This document shows, piece by piece, positions 49,101-64,000 of a stretch of 64,000 nt of DNA. The stretch spans positions 300,441-364,440 of the forward strand of contig JAQGDQ010000011.1 of the NCBI GenBank assembly GCA_030141605.1, given 5' to 3'. A program made the translations under genes and the position numbers. Position 1 is the stretch's first letter. Every line of letters starts with the position of its first letter. The DNA comes from Tubiluchus corallicola. Its lineage: Eukaryota; Animalia; Priapulida. Below the pieces are notes generated by a model. That model was not told the origin of the DNA. It searched no databases and worked only from the letters and a program-made list of their open reading frames with translations.

Positions 49101-49646
49101 AAAAAATTAGTGGCTGCCATAAGCTACATAATCTCTCACAGAATGACATATCTAATGCAGTATCAACGTGTATTTTTTTGGTTTTTCATTCTGGCACCCA
49201 GTACTTTGTCACATGAATTTATAAACCCAGATAATGTTGTAAGCCTAGACACATCACCACTTCAGTGACATGGAACAGGTGCTGTAGTTGTCAGTCTTAT
49301 GAATGAGATTCATATAAAAGTTGCAAAATGGTAAGCATGCTTAAATTTTTCAGTAGAACAAGGATGTAAAACTTAACAAACTTTTTGTGTTTTTCAGCCC
49401 GATAACAGAATGAACAACAATGGCTTCTTACATATAGATGACTACATACACGATTATGGCTCTAGTCAAAATTACGTGCGGCAGCCTAGTTATCGTCTTA
49501 GCAACAACAGCTTAGCTCATCCGACATACGTGTTCTCAGCGCCACCTGCGGAGCGAACATACGGCACGTATGACGATTTTCGCATGCCTCCAGGAGGCTA
49601 TGTAGATGAAACGCTTAATCCCAATCGGTTAAGTACAAGAGTATGA
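31039..49646 (+). CDS. KIRREL: Kin of IRRE / Neph / SYG-1 family Ig cell-adhesion protein, complete, about 683 aa. Exons 31039-31114, 34016-34207, 36957-37079, 38435-38615, 39318-39451, 40668-40825, 41065-41164, 41370-41486, 43421-43555, 43757-43957, 46478-46681, 47892-48073, 49398-49646
   Basis: 13 GT-AG exons join without stops (2052 nt). Signal peptide; Ig1 with family-typical QRFMSEP...LPC...VQWTVNEFGLGHDRSLPGWPRYSM; five Ig domains; TM LIGGIVGGIVLIIIIAIGIVLC; Tyr-rich tail; C-terminal class I PDZ-binding motif STRV (cf. THV in Neph/Kirre). No FN3 domain, so not nephrin. Confidence 0.93.
31550..31942 (-). mobile_element. Partial reverse copy of the 36109-36797 element
   Basis: ggcactggcgcctgcatttcgaaaa and gtatatgaaaaaccatcctgtcttcctttaa are reverse complements of 36575-36600 and 36109-36140. 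Confidence 0.65.
32447..32650. repeat. 48-bp minisatellite, about 4 copies, in a Kirre intron
   Basis: Unit ttccatgtctgtagattcgtttgctgttccactgtggtctccagtgtc. Confidence 0.95.
34016..34207 (+). CDS. KIRREL: Kirre Ig1 N-half
   Basis: RGLQRFMSEPRD...LPGWPRYSMVGNATA; taaag / GTTAGT. Confidence 0.93.
36109..36797. mobile_element. TTAA-flanked MITE (Kolobok- or piggyBac-like) with an internal ~115-bp tandem duplication
   Basis: TTAA|AGGAAAAT ... ATTTTCCT|TTAA; partial reverse copy at 31550-31942. Confidence 0.7.
36957..37079 (+). CDS. KIRREL: Kirre Ig1 C-half
   Basis: GEYNLQIINVQEEDDAIFQCQVGP...RSRNAKLNVL; gacag / GTGAGT. Confidence 0.93.
37480..38008 (+). mobile_element. Tc1/mariner-like MITE
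   Basis: TA|CAGGGTGG start, degenerate inverted end accatcttg|TA; colinear with 44321-44835. Confidence 0.75.
38435..38615 (+). CDS. KIRREL: Kirre Ig2 N-half
   Basis: APSNPQI...VNLTCRANGGKPAAELTW. Confidence 0.93.
38915..39075. mobile_element. Short MITE, family of 48705-49078
   Basis: Ends gagagaagttg...tctctacatctgaac as in 49020-49075. Confidence 0.65.
39318..39451 (+). CDS. KIRREL: Kirre Ig2 C-half
   Basis: TIIPSKEHAGRAFTCLMYHKAL...VQLDVR; tttcag / GTAAGT. Confidence 0.92.
40144..40598. mobile_element. TTAA-flanked MITE; related partial copy at about 29515-29845
   Basis: TTAA|AGGAAAACCC ... GGCTTTTCCT|TGAA; shared aacgcctcg-gtaattagtaaaat block at 29541 and 40233. Confidence 0.55.
40668..40825 (+). 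CDS. KIRREL: Kirre Ig3 N-half
   Basis: KPVLRITVTPYGIREYDNVVIHCQATANP...YEWYRNG. Confidence 0.92.
41065..41164 (+). CDS. KIRREL: Kirre Ig3 C-half
   Basis: IYNINRGYHDNKIMCKARNEIGISEQEITLEMK. Confidence 0.92.
41370..41486 (+). CDS. KIRREL: Kirre Ig4 N-half
   Basis: GPKFLSLP...ATLYCEADGNPRPTIVWFRP. Confidence 0.92.
42001..42655. mobile_element. Probable MITE built from GCGAC/GTCGC-rich subrepeats
   Basis: Many tcgcgac/gtcgcaaa motifs, CpG-rich against flanks; weak inverted ends caatccagt / acagggttg. Confidence 0.5.
43421..43555 (+). CDS. KIRREL: Kirre Ig4 C-half
   Basis: MQVLTS...KAGKYICAATVPSFADVSAEVNIYIK. Confidence 0.92.
43757..43957 (+). CDS. KIRREL: Kirre Ig5 N-part
   Basis: GPPKITSPKLQTAPEGETGRVECVVEGVPLPKSIRW...KSYLTI. 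Confidence 0.93.
44321..44835 (+). mobile_element. Tc1/mariner-like MITE
   Basis: TA|CAGGGTGGT ... ggttatgtaacaccttg|TA; colinear with 37480-38008. Confidence 0.75.
46478..46681 (+). CDS. KIRREL: Kirre Ig5 C-part and transmembrane helix
   Basis: DDYGQYNCSVSNGYGQD...LIGGIVGGIVLIIIIAIGIVLCNRKR. Confidence 0.94.
46957..47562 (-). mobile_element. Young 5'-truncated RTE-clade LINE, antisense in a Kirre intron
   Basis: Intact frame [44 protein letters not shown]...RLRWSGHVSRM...LLFGEL...DRTQWR; (AT)n tail; 11-bp TSD TATTAAGAATA (46946-46956, 47563-47573). Confidence 0.93.
47892..48073 (+). CDS. KIRREL: Kirre cytoplasmic exon
   Basis: ttttttcag acceptor; open phase-1 frame DESNYSEK...YSEPTYMQK; AAG|GTAAGA donor in phase with the last exon. 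Confidence 0.85.
48150..48311. repeat. 81-bp tandem duplication
   Basis: gaYtgcaatRattgcactttYatgagttgttctgcaaacctgtcaatt...tgagtatctatcagca twice. Confidence 0.9.
48705..49078. mobile_element. Foldback MITE with internal tandem subrepeats (Harbinger-like termini)
   Basis: cagatg ... catctgaacgcacc termini; aagttgccaatccattcacatgtgcaactttgcccctcaaagagaagttgtgcaac repeated twice. Confidence 0.7.
49398..49646 (+). CDS. KIRREL: Kirre last exon with PDZ-binding C-terminus
   Basis: tttttcag acceptor; Tyr-rich tail ending NRLSTRV-stop. Confidence 0.9.
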   Translation, partial: PDNRMNNNGFLHIDDYIHDYGSSQNYVRQPSYRLSNNSLAHPTYVFSAPPAERTYGTYDDFRMPPGGYVDETLNPNRLSTRV

Positions 49647-51059
49647 TACTAGGCAAAGTGTTAATTATTGTATGATGCTTTCAATTTTAGTAGTCAATAG
49701 ATTGTATTTGTACACTTGTAAGTTATGAATTATGTTGTCTGATCAATGAAGGCACAATGCGGTTTAATATTATAGCTGTTAGTCTAATTAAATTATAAAG
49801 TAATGGTTCGTGCAGTACAGTTATAAAGTTAACTATTTTTACTCTTTGCAGCTACTGCTAAGATCTTAATTCAGTTGAAATATATTTTGAAAAACAAATT
49901 AGTACGTCCAAGTATGCCTAGGGATTCGAATGAAATCAATAGAGCCATTAATTTTCCATGAAGTAACTTCCATTAATTTTTAATTGCGCCCCATTTCGTT
50001 AAACTTAAATTTGATAATCATAATGCTTATGATACTTATAAAGGTTCTAATTTTTGTACTCGAGTTCTTGAATATTTTGTTTGGTACAGCACAAATGTTT
50101 AGTCTTCTGTAAATATTGTAAATACATTGCGTGTTAGGCATAATATTCTAGCGTACATTGTTAGTGATATTTATTATTGTATATTTGTTTATTCATTTTG
50201 TACTTGGATATTTAGATTACTGTATAACTGTGATTTTTACAAGAGTCAAAACGGTTTTGACGCAGAGATTATTGCTAACATGTCTTAAGTACAGACACAA
50301 ATTACAGTTGTGTGTGCATTTTATAATTGTGTTGTTCATCTATTTTAGAGATTATTCATTTCAACGTCTAAATTGGATTTATTTCTTGCAACTTGCTTAA
50401 AAATTCTCGTTCAGAAGGTGGAGATCCAGTATTGTTAAAAATCGCTTTTGTAAATTTCATTTTGCAGCTAAATTTTTTGTTAAACTTGCTTAGATACTTG
50501 ATTAATGTTTTTATTTGCTCAAAGTGTGAATTTCCGATTTGCGGTTTTGCCAAGTGTAATATGTTCAATTATTTCTTATCTGTGCATTTTTTAACTTGTG
50601 CAATATCTGTTAATCATTGTAAACAGTAAATTTATTGTTTGAATCAATGTCAATGTAGCAAAATTTCTCATCTTATTTGTGTGCTACAAACGTATACGTA
50701 AATGCCTTTAAATTTATTTCCTCATTTTTTTATAAGTATGCTATAGCTACAGTACACGACTGTTAAAGTCAGAGTTCTTAACATTGTTTTGAACACAATC
50801 TGTTTATTTTGCTTTTTTGTCGGGAAATGGTGCTGACGGCTGAGCACATAGTTTTTTCCTGGATTAACTGCTGTTTTTATCTGTTTTAAGGGCAGGCTTC
50901 TTTATTAGAATCTGCATGCCCAATTTCTGTAATAGATGCAATGGAGATATAATGAATTTTATTTACCATTCTTTTGTTTGCTAAGAGTCCACAACATTTT
51001 TAAAGAATAGTAGGTTGCTGCTTTTAAATGTGACAGCCTCGTTGTTTCTAATAATTTGT

Positions 51060-51235
51060 AAAATAAATCAATGTTACCATGACTAGGATGCAAATAAATG
51101 CACTGTTACTGCTATTTTTGTTACCGAAAAGTGCCGGGATGTTGTCTTTGCACAAGGTGTGAACCTTAATAAAGAAAGAATTAATAATTAAGAAATTTGT
51201 CGCTCTCCTCTTTATAATCATATGTCTTTATTTAG
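51060..51235. terminator. Candidate convergent polyadenylation region for Kirre (+) and PKNOX (-)
   Basis: AATAAA on + near 51062, 51093, 51168; TTTATT near 51227; T-rich + strand to the left, A-rich to the right. Confidence 0.35.
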
Positions 51236-53485
51236 TTTTTAGAGAAATTTCTCTACAGTAATTTGTCAGTATTATGAGATCTGCAGCATTACATCATAGA
51301 AATGTAACAAAATGTTTAACAGTTGAAACTAGCATAACAAGATGTTGAAAAACACAGTCGACCCAGGATTCGAACCCAAAGCCCTGAACTGACTTTGTAT
51401 ACATCGAATCACTGAGCTAATTGGCTCACAGCTAAACTCTGAATTTTCGTTATAATTTGAAACACTGCACTAATATCAAAAAATGCTGATAGTTTGGAGC
51501 AACATTAACCGATGACGGTGTGTTATACAAATTCTAATCAGATTTATAATAATTTAAAGTTTTCGACTATTGGTCATTCGTTGCAAGAACTTAAATCACT
51601 ATAAAAATACAACTACAGAATCATAAAAGTAAAAATAAAAGCATAATGATTTGCATCTGATGCAAACAGAAGCTTTACTGTGTATAATCTCCAGACTAGA
51701 TAATCGTCTACAAAACAAACAATCAGCTACTGCAACTTCATGATTTCCTTGTTCACTAAATAATACTGTAACAATCATTTCATATTAAAAAATTATATAA
51801 ATACATTATACATAATAAACTTATTATACACATTACTATCATAACATTTACAGTTTCTAATTGTCCAACTAATTTTCGTCTAAATTTACAGTACCTTACT
51901 GGAATATCATTTAGTACTTTTTTATACAATTTATTGCAAAAATGACCAGTAATTATTTTATTCTAGGCAATAGGTAAAAATGTGAATGCAGATTTAGAAA
52001 AAAATCATAACTAATTTGCTAGTTATGGGAGTTGTAGGAAGTGTCTGTGAACATTGGTGTTGAAGCAGGCCGGGCTGTTGTCACCAAGGAAACAATTTAA
52101 TCCTATAGAATTCACAGATAAGCAACCCAAGGAAAAAACTGGGTTTATACTCAACCATTCTGCACACCTAATGGTCACAGTAAATCCGTAAATGTGCAAC
52201 CTGTTACATATAAGCGGCAACAAAAGAGGTTCAACGTAACAATGAATTAAGCAAAATTCGACGTAAAAAGGGCATGAATTGACGGGTTCGTTAAAATTTA
52301 AAAAACGTCGCAATGACGACAGCAACAGCTGAATTGCTTTGATACACGTACAAGCTTTGGTAGATGCCTTAAGTTCAGAAGACTGCTACCGTACGTACAC
52401 AAGGTAGTAATTACAACGACAGAAATATATAAACATATATAATTTACAGTCCAATATGTGCTTATTGCTAAATCAAGAACATTGGGACGTTAAATTGTAC
52501 TCCAATTTTGGGATTTGCATGTAATTCCATGTCTACCTAGAGAATGTATTTTTTATTTGCACATTTCATTTTTGCCTTATACTACTCTGGTACACTAACT
52601 AAAACTGGTAACAGTTAAGCAAATTTACCTAACATAAACTGTACATCTATAATTTACGAAAAAAATTCATTTAATTTACATAGTAGGTAGAAATAATTTG
52701 CAGTTTTTGTTCTTGGAGCAAATTTTTCAATAACAACCATATTGAGCAGGTTTCAACTGCAAAAAGTACGTCGATGTGACAAGTGACAATGTTTTCACAA
52801 GATGTCAAAATTCATAACAATAATCAGTACTGCTCATAATTAGAAATGCACATTTAAATATATACATCTGATTCATCAAATGTAAAAAATATTAACTATG
52901 TTTTACCCTCTCAAATTTTTAATTACACTTAATGGGAAAAATAGACAAGTTATACGTTGAGCAATCACAGCGCAGTTAAAAGTTTGTAGACAGGAACATT
53001 TTTGGCTGCAGCTTAATTACAGCCTGAAACACACACGTGTAGCAAAGTAGTTCCACTGCCTTTAAATACAATAACTGTTGAGTTTGAGAAAATCCATTTA
53101 ATTTGCCGAGTTTGGTACTTGGTACATCTAATTCTCTACACACATGTATACATAGCAATTTGCTGATGCAAGACTCAAACATATCACGTTAGTCTAATGT
53201 TGTTTGCATGGTAAACTCATTAATTGGTGAGTGGCGCCGTTTCATACGTACAATAAGTTGAAAATAAAGGGTGATTTGCAAAACATCAAAATCTTTTTCT
53301 GCTTCAGTTTGACTCAAACCAGGAGATACAATATAAGCGATCGCTTCGAAGCCATTGAGCTTTTTAATTTAAGCCAATTTTTGAAACAAAATAATTGCTT
53401 TTACTTAAGTGAAAACACCAAACTCTCTACAAGGTAACTAGCTGCACTGTGATATAAAAGGACTATTATATGACATCATTCTTCT

Positions 53486-63337
<9,852 letters not shown>

Positions 63338-63544
63338 CTACAATACAGGCATTGTTTAGTCGTTAATATTAACTCATAGTACAAATAATGCAAGTGTTAT
63401 GCAAGGCATGGCAATCGTTATTAAACAGATTAATAAGTTGCAGTTAATTTATCTTGTTACAAAATCTTGTTCAGAAATTACAGTCAGAATCAAGTACTAG
63501 AGAAATTATCAGTGAAACTGTTTATATTAAAAAAAACTTCTTTT

Positions 63545-64000
63545 ATTCCCTTTGATTTTCTTTGTTACTAGATGCATTCATTGTATTGTTTGATTTCATT
63601 TGTTACTAAACACATTCATTGTATTGTTTTATTTCATTTGTTACTAGACACAGTCATTGTATTGTTTGATTTCATTTGTTACTAGATGCATTCATTGTAT
63701 TGTTCGATTTCATCTGTTACCAGATGCATTCATTGTATTGTTTGATTTAATTTGTTACTAGACACATTCATTGTATTGTTTTATTTCATTTGTTACTATA
63801 TGCATTCATTGTAGTGCTTGATTTCATTTGTTACTAGACACATTCATTGTATTGTTTGATTTCTAGACACATTCACTGTATTGCTTGATTTCATTTGTTA
63901 CTAGACACTTTAATTGTATTGTTTGATTTCATTTGCTACTAGATGCATTCATTGTATTGTTTGATTTTATTTGTTACTAGACGCATTCATTGTACTGTTT
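63545..64000. repeat. 38-bp minisatellite, at least 11 copies, running off the window (PKNOX intron)
   Basis: Unit tttgttactagatgcattcattgtattgtttgatttca. Confidence 0.97.

Noticed and set aside
48733-49149. Overlapping ORFs on both strands
   Set aside because: Arise from MITE subrepeats.
63545-64000. 38-bp repeat array as a CRISPR
   Set aside because: Head-to-tail units with no unique spacers, in a eukaryotic intron, no cas genes.

Overview
Eukaryotic (animal) genomic DNA, AT-rich and intron-rich; the gene and repeat content suggests an invertebrate bilaterian, but the taxon cannot be fixed from sequence alone. Three spliced genes can be assembled with phase-consistent GT-AG junctions: (1) the 5' six coding exons of a lysyl oxidase-like gene (signal peptide, 2 SRCR domains, start of the LOX catalytic domain) on the minus strand at 707-5120, running off the left edge; (2) a complete Kirre/Neph/KIRREL-type cell-adhesion gene (signal peptide, 5 Ig domains, TM helix, tail ending STRV; 13 coding exons, about 683 aa) on the plus strand at 31039-49646; (3) the 3' nine exons of a PKNOX/PREP TALE homeobox gene on the minus strand at 53486-63337, running off the right edge. 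Introns and the ~26 kb LOXL-Kirre interval hold LINE 3' fragments (two young ones with TSDs), a tRNA-derived SINE, several decayed 5S-rRNA-like segments, several MITE families and tandem repeats. Most ORFs in the supplied track are spurious. I found no clearly new enzymatic system. The best leads are a foldback element made of two divergent tRNA-like heads split by a young LINE, candidate Kirre microexons (one carrying a stop), 5S-derived repeats in inward-facing pairs, and the tail-to-tail Kirre-PKNOX adjacency.
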